From Verrucomicrobiota bacterium (GTDB lineage: Bacteria > Verrucomicrobiota > Verrucomicrobiia > Limisphaerales > AV2): a stretch of 33,406 bases of DNA. The notes under the pieces are model-generated. The model saw only the letters and a program-made list of their open reading frames with translations, made no database searches and had not been told where the DNA came from. Shown here piece by piece: positions 9,014-17,274 of this stretch. How positions within the stretch are numbered: the first letter of the stretch is position 1; every line of letters begins with the position of its first letter. A program made the translations under genes and the position numbers. The stretch lies in contig QHPW01000170.1 in the NCBI GenBank assembly GCA_003219675.1, forward strand, positions 1 through 33,406, given 5' to 3'.

Positions 9014-9649
9014 TCAATTCGACGTTTGGTTATCCTTCTTGCCCTCTTTCATGTGGCGGTGGACGAAAAAGTAGTAGATGCCGCCGAGTAATACCACAGC
9101 TCCGGCGAGCCAGAGCGTGATTTGATGCAACTCGCCGCGCATGAGCTTCTCATCCTGGCCGGCTTTGACGCCGACCCAGCAAAGCACCCCGCACCACAGC
9201 GCGGAACCCAAGAGGGTGCAGAGCGAAAACCATTTGTAGTTCATCCGAACGATGCCGGCAGGAATGCCGATCAAATGCCGCACGACCGGCAGCAGGCGCG
9301 AAATGAAAATGCCCATGGAACCAAACCGCGCCGCCCACCGTTCCGCGCCTTCGATTTTCTCCGGAGTGATGAGCGCCATCCTCCCGTAACGCATCATCAG
9401 CGGGCGTCCGGCGAGGCGTGACGCCCAATACATCGCCGTGGCGCCGAGCCACGAGCCGAGGGTTCCGGCGATGATGATTCCCGTCATGCTTAAATTCCCT
9501 TTGGTGTGAGCCAGATGCGCCGCGGGCGGGATCACCAGTTCGCTGGGCAGCGGCAGGATGGAACTTTCGATTGCCATCAGCAAGACGACGAGCGGATAGC
9601 CGCCTGATTCCAGGGATTGCAGATACCAATCAATAAGGCCCTTGAACAT
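9014..9649 (-). CDS. DedA-family inner membrane protein
   Basis: 211 aa. GYPLVVLLMAIESSILPLPSELVIPPAA plus downstream LLPVVRHLIGIPAGI match the DedA/SNARE-associated pattern. Multi-pass hydrophobic profile. Confidence 0.85.
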   Translation of the reverse strand: MFKGLIDWYLQSLESGGYPLVVLLMAIESSILPLPSELVIPPAAHLAHTKGNLSMTGIIIAGTLGSWLGATAMYWASRLAGRPLMMRYGRMALITPEKIEGAERWAARFGSMGIFISRLLPVVRHLIGIPAGIVRMNYKWFSLCTLLGSALWCGVLCWVGVKAGQDEKLMRGELHQITLWLAGAVVLLGGIYYFFVHRHMKEGKKDNQTSN

Positions 9650-9725
9650 GATCGCGCTGCTTATAGCGGAAAGCGTCCGGCGTGCAAGCCTCGTGTGCCT
9701 GTCGGCCGCCGTGTGCCGCGGGCGC

Positions 9726-9850
9726 CTCTTGACACTGCCACCAACGGCATGCCCGGCGGGCGGAGCGCCCGTCTCCGACCCGGCGTTTTAGGCGCTGGAT
9801 CGGGCAATGACGCCGTGCCGGAGGCCGGCGCTCCGGCGGCAGTGTCAAGA
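9726..9850. repeat. ~125-bp inverted-repeat element family R2, copy B (opposite orientation to copy A)
   Basis: CTCTTGACACTGCCACC...GGCGGCAGTGTCAAGAT. Aligns with the reverse complement of 7487-7610. Confidence 0.9.
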
Positions 9851-9996
9851 TGTGCCTGTGTGCCGCGAGACGCACACTTTACAAATGCGCACCCGGATGG
9901 TGAGATGGTTGACAGTAAAAGAGTCAACCGGGCTGCCACCCGCTTTATCAACATGTGAACCACCGCCTGTCATGGTTTTGTTCAAGGAGCAATCGC

Positions 9997-10722
9997 TTGC
10001 GCGCGTTCACCCTCATCGAGCTGCTTGTGGTCATTGCCATCATTGCGATTCTGGCGGCGTTGCTGTTGCCCGCGCTGGCGAGCGCGAAGGAACGAGCCAG
10101 GCGCACGACCTGTAAAAATAACATTCGACAGTTCATACTGGCGGCGCACCTGTATGGCGGCGATTACACCGAGAAGCTGCCGAGCGGTCTGTCCCAGCTC
10201 GGCAACGGAGCCGACGAACATATTCCCATCATTTCCACCGCGACGCGCAACGCGGTCCTCAAATACGTGGTCACGCCGAAAATTCTGCACTGTCCAGGGC
10301 TGGGCAAACCTTTCAATCCCATCGACGGGTGGTTCGAGTCGGGTTACGGCTTTGTGATCGGCTACAACTATCTTGGCGGTCACACCAACACGCCCTGGCC
10401 GCAGTTGGTTTCCGGTTTCCTCGCATGGACTTCACCGCAGACTCTCACTGCGGACAACTCGCTTCCCCTGGTGACGGACATGAACGACTGGTCGCCGGGT
10501 TACAAGAAAAGTTTTGCCCCTCATGGCGCGCGCGGACCGATTCTGCGCGAAGGTGATTTCTCCAACTCCGGCGCAAACGGGGCGTCGCCAAGGGAGATCG
10601 GAGCCGTCGGCGGCAACGTCGGTCTGCTTGACGGTTCGGTCAACTGGAAGCCGATCGCACAGATGAAGAAGTATCAAGGCTCGCACTTGTGGGGGACGAA
10701 TGGCTGCCTCGCGCAGTGGTGA
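9997..10722 (+). CDS. prepilin-type N-terminal cleavage/methylation domain, H-X9-DG (DUF1559-like) protein
   Basis: [44 protein letters not shown] plus C-terminal [15 protein letters not shown] at 9997 sits 7 nt after AAGGAG (9984-9989) and gives the typical short leader M-RAFTLIEL. The longest ORF begins at GTG 9955. Confidence 0.85.
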   Translation: MRAFTLIELLVVIAIIAILAALLLPALASAKERARRTTCKNNIRQFILAAHLYGGDYTEKLPSGLSQLGNGADEHIPIISTATRNAVLKYVVTPKILHCPGLGKPFNPIDGWFESGYGFVIGYNYLGGHTNTPWPQLVSGFLAWTSPQTLTADNSLPLVTDMNDWSPGYKKSFAPHGARGPILREGDFSNSGANGASPREIGAVGGNVGLLDGSVNWKPIAQMKKYQGSHLWGTNGCLAQW

Positions 10723-10757
10723 TCCGCCTCTCGACGCGCATTTGAGCGGGAGCAGGC

Positions 10758-10842
10758 ACGGTGGGGCGAGACTCCCTCGAGCCCTGATTTCTTTCCTTTG
10801 TAGATCCGGGCTCGACGGGAGTCTCGCCCCACCGGTTCATGG
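10758..10842. repeat. palindromic repeat family R1, copy 3
   Basis: CACGGTGGGGCGAGACTCCCTCGAGCCCTGAT ... CCGGGCTCGACGGGAGTCTCGCCCCACCGGTTCATGG. Begins 36 nt after the H-X9-DG gene stop. Confidence 0.9.
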
Positions 10843-10888
10843 AGTGGAGGGCCGGGGAGGCGGGCGTCTGAATTCCATTGAATCGTCA

Positions 10889-11176
10889 CGGCTTAGTGGT
10901 CTATTTCATAAATACGCATACGTTCGTTGCCCCCAATTTGGCCCGTGGCGAGGCGCGAGGGAAGGAGTGTATCCGCAGCGATACTCGACCGACCGAGCAA
11001 CGAAGCCACGGGCCAAATTGGGGGCAACCCGCAGGGCGGCATGTCTTTTGGCCGGAGGCGTTGTTGCTCGCTCCTTACAGATCCACTGCGGGATATGCTC
11101 GTCGCTCGCGCCTAGCCTCCGCCCAAAATCCATTGCCGCGAACGTGTGCGTATTTATGAAATAGACCACTTAGCCG
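10889..11176. other. 288-nt nested inverted-repeat element (structured RNA or MITE-like element) abutting and overlapping the queD stop codon
   Basis: The 38-nt AT-rich outer arms 10889-10926 and 11139-11176 are complementary at 36/38 positions. They enclose a perfect 23-bp inner stem, 10927-10949 / 11005-11027, with a 55-nt loop. Further complementary blocks include 11033-11058 with 11114-11123, and 10994-11001 with 11062-11069. Confidence 0.7.
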
Positions 11177-11532
11177 CCTCGATAAACGCACCGCGACGTA
11201 CACGTCTCTGCCACGATGACTTCGGCCAGCAGCGGCAGCCTGGGTTTTAATCCCTGCCAGATCCAGACCGCGATGTTCTCGCTCGTCGGATTCTCCAGCC
11301 CGGGAATTTCGTTGAGGTAGCGGTAATCGAGTTGCTCCCAAAACGGCCGGAACGCTTCGGAAATGTCCGCGTAGTCCATCAGCCAACCGAGTGTCAGGTC
11401 GCATTCCCCGGCAACAACGATTTCAGCTTGAAAACTGTGTCCGTGCAACCGACGGCATTTGTGCGTCACCGGCAGGTTCGGCAGCAAATGCGCCGCTTCA
11501 AATTGAAAGGTTTTCCGCAACTCAACTTTCAT
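11170..11532 (-). CDS. queD: 6-carboxy-5,6,7,8-tetrahydropterin synthase
   Basis: The ATG at 11532 gives 120 aa, MKVELRKTFQFEAAHLLPNLPVTHKCRRLHGHSF...IPGLENPTSENIAVWIW...ETCTSRCVYRGG. This appears nearly colinear with E. coli QueD as recalled from memory, including the CxxxHGH motif. The longer ORF from 11637 adds an Ala/Arg-rich extension and is not favoured. Confidence 0.9.
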   Translation of the reverse strand: MKVELRKTFQFEAAHLLPNLPVTHKCRRLHGHSFQAEIVVAGECDLTLGWLMDYADISEAFRPFWEQLDYRYLNEIPGLENPTSENIAVWIWQGLKPRLPLLAEVIVAETCTSRCVYRGG

Positions 11533-11654
11533 GGCGGCTGGAGGAAAAATTCCGAGGAGCGCGGCCGCCACGGGCGCCCGTTTCCGCGCGCTCGCGGAAA
11601 AACAGCGCGCGGCAGGCAGTTCCAGGCGTTCCGCCAATGCCTGCCCTTGAATCG

Positions 11655-11677
11655 GCTGGACGCGGGGCGCGTCCGGC
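11655..11677. repeat. short hairpin repeat R4, second copy
   Basis: GCTGGACGCGGGGCGCGTCCGGC, preceded by CGCCAATG as at 7650-7685. Confidence 0.75.
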
Positions 11678-11724
11678 AGCCCCCGAGGCGGGCCCGCTCA
11701 CAAGCGCTGCTGAAGGTTGTCGCT

Positions 11725-13068
11725 TCATTGTTCCCAATCGGTCCAGGTCACGAGATCTCCGAGGCTGGGCCGGCCGTCGTGTCGCCAGGTCAACGGCGGA
11801 ACCTGCATCTGCCCGATCGGACAGATCCGCGTGACTCCCCAGCGGGCGAGTTCGGTCGCCAGTGGTTCGGCCCGCGCGGCGGTCGCAGCCAGACCCGCGG
11901 TTGTTTCCGCCGTGTGCAAGGCTTCGCTCAGGCTGGCCGCTGCTTTGACATGAATGAACCGGTTCAGGCACGAGAGCTGGAAGCGCGGGTCGGCTTCGTA
12001 AACCACGGTCCAGGCAGTAGAGCCCTGGCTCTGCCATTGGCGCGTGTCCGAAGAGGCTGCCGCGCGGATGTCATATCCGGCCCGACGTGAAGCGATCGCG
12101 GCGGCATCCGCTGCCGGAATGTTTCCGCGCGGCTCGGTTTGTTCGCGCTTCGCCAATTCACCCGCCAACATCTCCGCAAACAGCTCGGCAGAAACTGCGC
12201 CGCCAGCCTCGACGTAAAACAGATGGGGCGACAGGCAACCCAGTTGGTTCCAGGCAACCACATCGGCGGCGGCGGCGGCGGCGGTTTTTTTCGCGCCGTG
12301 ATTCGACAGAACTTCGCGCGCGATGAAACCGAAGCTGACGCGATGGCCGTAACCGAGGAAGCGCACGTGCGCCGGCAAATGACTTCGGATTTGCGCCAGT
12401 GTTTCGTCGCTGCCGGTGGCCGTGACGCAATCGGCTTCGGCATAAAGGGCCTTCTCCAAATCGAGCCGCCCGCCCTTCCATTCGCCGATTTCAAGACAAG
12501 CGGCCAGCTTCGGGTCGGCCTCGTAAAGGGAATGGGCAAACAAACGCGGCAACAGGGCGGAGCCCGAGGCGCACTTGACGAATTGTCCGGAGCGCGCGAG
12601 CAGACCCAACACCATGCTCATCAGCGTCGGGTTGGGCACATTGCCTGCCGTAATGTGGACCAGTAATCGCGGCCCGGTCGCCAGCGCCACGCGTTGCGTT
12701 TTCTGTTCGCCGCCGGCGGCCACGAACCGTTCGAGCCGATCGACGTGTCCGAGTTCCTGTTGCAGCAAGGCGTGCAAATGGTCCGCCGTCAGTTGACTGA
12801 AAAATGCGTCCAAACCTCTGGCCAGTGTTGCGCTGGAGAAGCCTGTGGCTTCCGGGCCGAGTTTCAAAGCCAGTTGCCTGAATCGGCAATTGGCGTCGAG
12901 CCAATTCCCCGCCAGGTCGTCCAGGAGGGCGATCAAACTCTGCGTCGAGCGGTGCGACAGATAATGATCGCGGTTGCGTTTGAGGGCGTGGCAGGCCTCG
13001 GAAATCATCGATGCGCTCAATGTCGCGCCCGAGGGCAGGTCGGCCAGGAAATAGTTTGGCTCGGTCAT
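11725..13068 (-). CDS. LuxC-like acyl-CoA reductase family protein
   Basis: LLVHITAGNVPNPTLMSMVLGLLARSGQFVKCASG... and GYGHRVSFGFI fit the LuxC-type acyl-CoA reductase (aldehyde-dehydrogenase-like) family. The ATG at 13068 overlaps the LuxE-like stop (ATGA at 13065-13068). The ORF-track start 13086 is also possible. Confidence 0.72.
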   Translation of the reverse strand: MTEPNYFLADLPSGATLSASMISEACHALKRNRDHYLSHRSTQSLIALLDDLAGNWLDANCRFRQLALKLGPEATGFSSATLARGLDAFFSQLTADHLHALLQQELGHVDRLERFVAAGGEQKTQRVALATGPRLLVHITAGNVPNPTLMSMVLGLLARSGQFVKCASGSALLPRLFAHSLYEADPKLAACLEIGEWKGGRLDLEKALYAEADCVTATGSDETLAQIRSHLPAHVRFLGYGHRVSFGFIAREVLSNHGAKKTAAAAAADVVAWNQLGCLSPHLFYVEAGGAVSAELFAEMLAGELAKREQTEPRGNIPAADAAAIASRRAGYDIRAAASSDTRQWQSQGSTAWTVVYEADPRFQLSCLNRFIHVKAAASLSEALHTAETTAGLAATAARAEPLATELARWGVTRICPIGQMQVPPLTWRHDGRPSLGDLVTWTDWEQ

Positions 13069-14381
13069 AAACTCATCAGCGAACAACCGCGCGGTTCAGC
13101 GAAGCTGGCCCGGCCAATCAGTTCAAATCCGTCGCCGCGACGAACGCCCAGGTCTTCGGTTTGAATTGCCAGGACGGAACGAACGTTCGCCAGATCATAA
13201 ACCTGAATCAAACCGGTTTCACCTTCCGCCACTTCGCGGCCGGTTTCCGGGGAAACGATTCTCGCTCGTGCCCAGCGCGGGAAGCGGAACACTCCGCGTT
13301 CGGTCCGCGTTTCGGATTCCGCGTTCCCCACTTGCCAATCATAGGCTTGAGAGCCGAGTTCGCTCATCCCGTATTCGCAAACGATGTGTGAAGCGGGAAT
13401 TCCGAGCCAATCCGTGATGAGCGCATGCAGTTCCGCCCTGGGCAAACTGCGCGAGCGGCCTTTGTAACCGCCGGTTTCCATCGCCCGCGAACCCGGCGGG
13501 AGGTCGAAACGAATATCTTCTGCCATCAGACGATCGAGCAGGTGAACAAACGAAAATGCCGTGCCAAGCAGAGCCACGGGTTGCTCCGCATCAGAGGCTC
13601 TTCGCATGGCGCTGAGTGCGGCCGTGAAATCCAAACTCCACGCCCCATCGTCTCCTGTCCTTTCCATAAACCCTGGCGTAGGGGCGACTCGGCAGAGCGC
13701 CGCTCGCTGTTGTTCCCACGAATCGCGGCGCTCTGCCGGGACGCCGCTACGAGTAAACGGTTCATGGGAGGCCCCCACAAACAAAGAATCCGGAGAACCA
13801 AGCTCGCGAACCACGGTTCCGAACATGTGTGCCAGCGACGAATGCGGCGCAAGGGCAGGGGATGGTGTCAGGACGACAAAGCCGAATTTTTCTTGAACGC
13901 TGCTCGTTTCGCCCCTCTCCCAACCCGGTGGCGACAGGGTGGCCGGAGGACGGGTCAGGGGCACTCCATTTGGGTTGCTGCCTCCCGGCGCCGGATCTGG
14001 CAGTAAATGAACCTTGAACCACGGGATCAACGACGCCTCGTAAATCGCCAGTGATTCCGCGTTGTGATAATGGCGGCCCGGCTGCTGCAGGGTGCTGCCG
14101 CTGGAGTGGAAAACCGTCGTGCGTTCTTCAACCGACAAACTCGTCACCTCGAATTCCTTGAAGGCTGCAGTTGGAATTGCAGGAATTTCAGTCCAGCGAA
14201 TGACTTTGTCCGGGCTAGCGCGGCGCGCCAGACAAAGGCGCCGGTAGGGTTCAACATGAGCAAATTGCAGAGCGAAGAGAGCCAGCGCAAGCTGGTTGAA
14301 CCCGGCGGCGTCCGGATTGGAGGCGTTGATGAACTCGCGGAACCGCGAGTTGTACTCGGCAAATGAACGGAGAGTCGTCAT
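13065..14381 (-). CDS. LuxE-like acyl-protein synthetase / adenylate-forming enzyme
   Basis: The ATG at 14381 (MTTLRSFAEYNSRFREFI...) is preferred over 14504. IPAIPTAAFKEF, VFHSSGST, METGGYKGRS and EYGMSELGSQAY match the LuxE acyl-protein synthetase pattern. The CDS contains two repeat-derived in-frame segments. Confidence 0.72.
   Translation of the reverse strand: MTTLRSFAEYNSRFREFINASNPDAAGFNQLALALFALQFAHVEPYRRLCLARRASPDKVIRWTEIPAIPTAAFKEFEVTSLSVEERTTVFHSSGSTLQQPGRHYHNAESLAIYEASLIPWFKVHLLPDPAPGGSNPNGVPLTRPPATLSPPGWERGETSSVQEKFGFVVLTPSPALAPHSSLAHMFGTVVRELGSPDSLFVGASHEPFTRSGVPAERRDSWEQQRAALCRVAPTPGFMERTGDDGAWSLDFTAALSAMRRASDAEQPVALLGTAFSFVHLLDRLMAEDIRFDLPPGSRAMETGGYKGRSRSLPRAELHALITDWLGIPASHIVCEYGMSELGSQAYDWQVGNAESETRTERGVFRFPRWARARIVSPETGREVAEGETGLIQVYDLANVRSVLAIQTEDLGVRRGDGFELIGRASFAEPRGCSLMSL
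13678..13750. repeat. palindromic repeat family R3 (GTAGSGGCGWCTCGGCAGAGCGCCGC ... GCGGCGCTCTGCCGRGACGCCGCTAC) inside the LuxE-like CDS
   Basis: The arms 13678-13703 and 13725-13750 are complementary. An almost identical element is intergenic at 24437-24510. Confidence 0.85.
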
Positions 14382-14519
14382 GCGGTTTTTCTTTGCGCGC
14401 CAATCATGCAGCGGCTGGTTTTCCGCGACAGCCCACAGAATGTCGGCTGCCGGACGGCAAACTGTCGAGTAAAAATAAATGGGAAGAAGGCGGGTGCGAT
14501 CCAAAGTCGGCCGGCAAAC

Positions 14520-14540
14520 TCGCGGACCGCGGGTCCGCGA
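14520..14540. promoter_or_regulatory. perfect palindrome TCGCGGACC-GCG-GGTCCGCGA in the divergent LuxE-like / phosphoesterase intergenic region (possible operator or hairpin)
   Basis: 9-bp perfect arms with a 3-nt spacer, located between divergent starts at 14381 (-) and 14649 (+). Confidence 0.25.
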
Positions 14541-14648
14541 CCCGCAGCAGTTTCCGCGCTCCTGGCCGCCACTTCCGGATCACGTCTCGACGGAGGATGT
14601 GTCTTTACGGGCGCGCTGAATGCTGCCATAACACGCGCACTCGTGCTT

Positions 14649-17243
14649 ATGAGATACTTGCTGAGATGGCTGGCCGTCCCCGCGCTCTTGACGCTCGCCG
14701 CGTGCGTCTCCAACTCTCCGCGGCAAACGCGCCGCGCGCCTGGCGATTTGCCCGGCCCACGCGCCGATGGCTCCGTCCTTCTGCCCAATCAATGGTCCTT
14801 GCGTCCGGTCGGCAGACAGGTCGTGCTCGGCGATTTTCCGGTGAACATCGCCATGCATCCCGGCGGCCGCTTTGCGGGAGTCCTGCACAGCGGTCACGGG
14901 CGCCACCAGATCACCGTCGTCGATGTTCCAGCGGCCAAAGTCGTGGGCGAATTCCCCGTGGACGAAGCCTTCTACGGGATCGAGTTCGCGCGCGATGGCA
15001 AGGGGCTGTTTTGCAGCGGCGCCGGTGATGAAGTCATCCACGCGTTTGCGTTCAAGGACGGTTACCTGTCCGATCCAAAGGTGTTCCGCGTGCGCGATGT
15101 GAAGGAACGGGGCATCCCCGCGGGACTGGCATTGAGCAGCGACGCCAAACGCCTCTTCGTAGCCAGCGTCTGGGGGCAACACATCTCGCAATTGGACCTG
15201 AGCGATGCCGCCCGGGTGACCGAGATAACGTTGGGCGCGTCAAACCCACCGTCGAAACCGGTTACGCCGACGAACCCGACGGACGAAGACACCGCCGCGG
15301 CGATCAAGCGGGCGCAAGCGGCGTTGGAAACCATATCGGATGAATCGCCGTTTCCTTTCGCCTGCCGGCTCGACGAAAAGCGGCAGCGCCTCTACGCCAG
15401 CCTCTGGGCACAATCTGCCGTGGCGGTCATCGACTTGAAGGCGAACCAGGCCATCGCCCGCTGGCCGACTCAGGAACACCCCTGCGAAATGGTCCTCACG
15501 GCCTCCGGCAAAATCCTGTACGTCGCCAACGCAGCACGAAACAGTGTGACGGTGTTTGATGCCGAAAACGGCAGGACTCTCGAAACTCTGACCGCTTCGC
15601 TCTATCCGGGTTTGCCGCCCGGCTCGACTCCGAACAGCCTGGCCCTTTCACCGGACGAAAAGACGCTGTTCGTGGCCAATGCCGACAACAACAATGTGGC
15701 GGTCTTCGACGTCGGCGTGCCCGGCAAAAGTCGTTCGCTGGGGTTTATTCCGGTGGGTTGGTATCCGACGTCGGTTCGTGTAACACCCGACGGCAGACGT
15801 TTGTTGGTGGCCAACGGAAAGGGGATCATCTCCAAAGCGAATCGCAACGGACCCCAGCCGGGCAGGGAAGCCCCCGTCAGTGTCCGTGAATACATCGGCG
15901 GCCTGTTCCATGGGACACTGGAGATTATCGACCTGCCCACGGGCGATAAGTTCAAGGACCAACTCGCAACCTGGACCGCGCAGGCCTATCGCTGCAGTCC
16001 GGTACAACCGGACCTTCGCGTCTCCGCCAGGCGCGCGCCGGACAACCCGATCCCGGTCAAAGTGGGTGAACCCAGCCCGATCAAATATTGCATTTACGTC
16101 ATCAAGGAGAATCGCACCTACGACCAGGTCTTCGGCGACATGCCCGAGGGCAACGGTGACGCGGGCCTTTGTCTCTTCGGCGAAAAGATCACACCGAACC
16201 ACCACAAGCTCGCGCGCGATTTTGTCCTGCTCGACAACTTCTACGTCGAGAGTGAAGTCAGCGCCGATGGCCACGAGTGGACCATGGGCGCGTACGCAAC
16301 AGATTTTGTCGAGAAATCCTGGCCGATGAGTTACGGCCACAACAAACACGGCAAATATCCCTATCCCAGTGAAGGCAATTTCCTGGTGGCGCGTCCCGCG
16401 GAAGGATATCTCTGGGACCGCGCGCGCGAGGCCGGGGTCAGCTACCGCAGTTACGGCGAATTCATCAACAACGGCAAAACACCGAACGATCCGGGTAAAT
16501 CGCGCGTGACCGCGCTGCAAGATCACTTCGATGAATGGTATCGCGGTTTTGATCTCGATTACTCCGACCAGAAACGGGCGGACCGTTTCATCTCCGAGTT
16601 GAAGCGTTTTGAAGCCGAAGGAGAAATGCCGCGGCTGCAAATCGTGCGTTTGCCGAACGATCACACTTATGGCGCCACGCCCGGCAAACACACGCCGGTG
16701 GCGCTTGTCGCCGACAACGACCTCGCGCTGGGCCGGTTCGTCGAGGCGGTCAGCCATTCGAAATTCTGGCCGCAGACCGCCATTTTCGTCGTGGAAGATG
16801 ATGCGCAGAACGGGCCTGACCACGTGGACGCGCACCGGACGGTCGCCTTCGTCATCAGTCCTTACACCCGGCGCGGCGCGGTGGACGAGACGATGTATTC
16901 CACCAGCAGCATGCTGCGGACCATGGAACTGATTCTGGGCTTGAAACCGATGTCGCAATACGACGCCGCGGCCACGCCGATGTTCAACACGTTCCTGCCG
17001 GACCCGGACCCACGGCCCTACAAGACCCTGGCTGCGAACGTGGATTTGAATGAGCGCAACACCAGGCTCGCCTGGGGCAGTGACCTGTCGCAAAAAATGA
17101 ACTTCGCGAAAGAAGACGCCGCGGACGACCTGCTGCTCAATGAAGTCGTGTGGCGTTCCGTGCGCGGCGCGAAAAATCCGATGCCGGCGCCGGTCCGCGC
17201 CGCGTTCGTGTTCGCGCATGACAAGAAGGATGACGATGATTGA
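14649..17243 (+). CDS. lipoprotein: N-terminal YVTN/YncE-type beta-propeller fused to a phosphoesterase (PLC/AcpA-type) domain
   Basis: The ATG at 14649 gives MRYLLRWLAVPALLTLAAC, a lipobox LAAC. Beta-propeller-like repeats are repeated (LFVASVWG, LYVANAARNSVTVFD, LFVANADNNNVAVFD, LLVANGKG). IKYCIYVIKENRTYDQVFGD and VVEDDAQNGPDHVDAHRT are the phosphoesterase-family motifs. Confidence 0.8.
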   Translation: MRYLLRWLAVPALLTLAACVSNSPRQTRRAPGDLPGPRADGSVLLPNQWSLRPVGRQVVLGDFPVNIAMHPGGRFAGVLHSGHGRHQITVVDVPAAKVVGEFPVDEAFYGIEFARDGKGLFCSGAGDEVIHAFAFKDGYLSDPKVFRVRDVKERGIPAGLALSSDAKRLFVASVWGQHISQLDLSDAARVTEITLGASNPPSKPVTPTNPTDEDTAAAIKRAQAALETISDESPFPFACRLDEKRQRLYASLWAQSAVAVIDLKANQAIARWPTQEHPCEMVLTASGKILYVANAARNSVTVFDAENGRTLETLTASLYPGLPPGSTPNSLALSPDEKTLFVANADNNNVAVFDVGVPGKSRSLGFIPVGWYPTSVRVTPDGRRLLVANGKGIISKANRNGPQPGREAPVSVREYIGGLFHGTLEIIDLPTGDKFKDQLATWTAQAYRCSPVQPDLRVSARRAPDNPIPVKVGEPSPIKYCIYVIKENRTYDQVFGDMPEGNGDAGLCLFGEKITPNHHKLARDFVLLDNFYVESEVSADGHEWTMGAYATDFVEKSWPMSYGHNKHGKYPYPSEGNFLVARPAEGYLWDRAREAGVSYRSYGEFINNGKTPNDPGKSRVTALQDHFDEWYRGFDLDYSDQKRADRFISELKRFEAEGEMPRLQIVRLPNDHTYGATPGKHTPVALVADNDLALGRFVEAVSHSKFWPQTAIFVVEDDAQNGPDHVDAHRTVAFVISPYTRRGAVDETMYSTSSMLRTMELILGLKPMSQYDAAATPMFNTFLPDPDPRPYKTLAANVDLNERNTRLAWGSDLSQKMNFAKEDAADDLLLNEVVWRSVRGAKNPMPAPVRAAFVFAHDKKDDDD

Positions 17244-17274
17244 GCCATGAGCGGTTCGAGGAAGAAGGTTCCTC

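Noticed and set aside
10878-11169. ORFs 10878..11159(+) and 10906..11169(-), which mirror each other (both contain VYFINTHTF and GPNWGQ).
   Set aside because: The shared peptides come from translating the two arms of the inverted repeat, so they are an artefact of the palindromic DNA.
10889-11176. Retron msr/msd, or a preQ1 riboswitch, as an explanation for the structured element next to queD.
   Set aside because: No reverse transcriptase gene is adjacent on either strand, which a retron would need. The element lies 3' of queD rather than in its 5' leader. I could not recognise the small preQ1 aptamer pattern (short hairpin plus A-rich tail) there or in the 11533-11724 leader.
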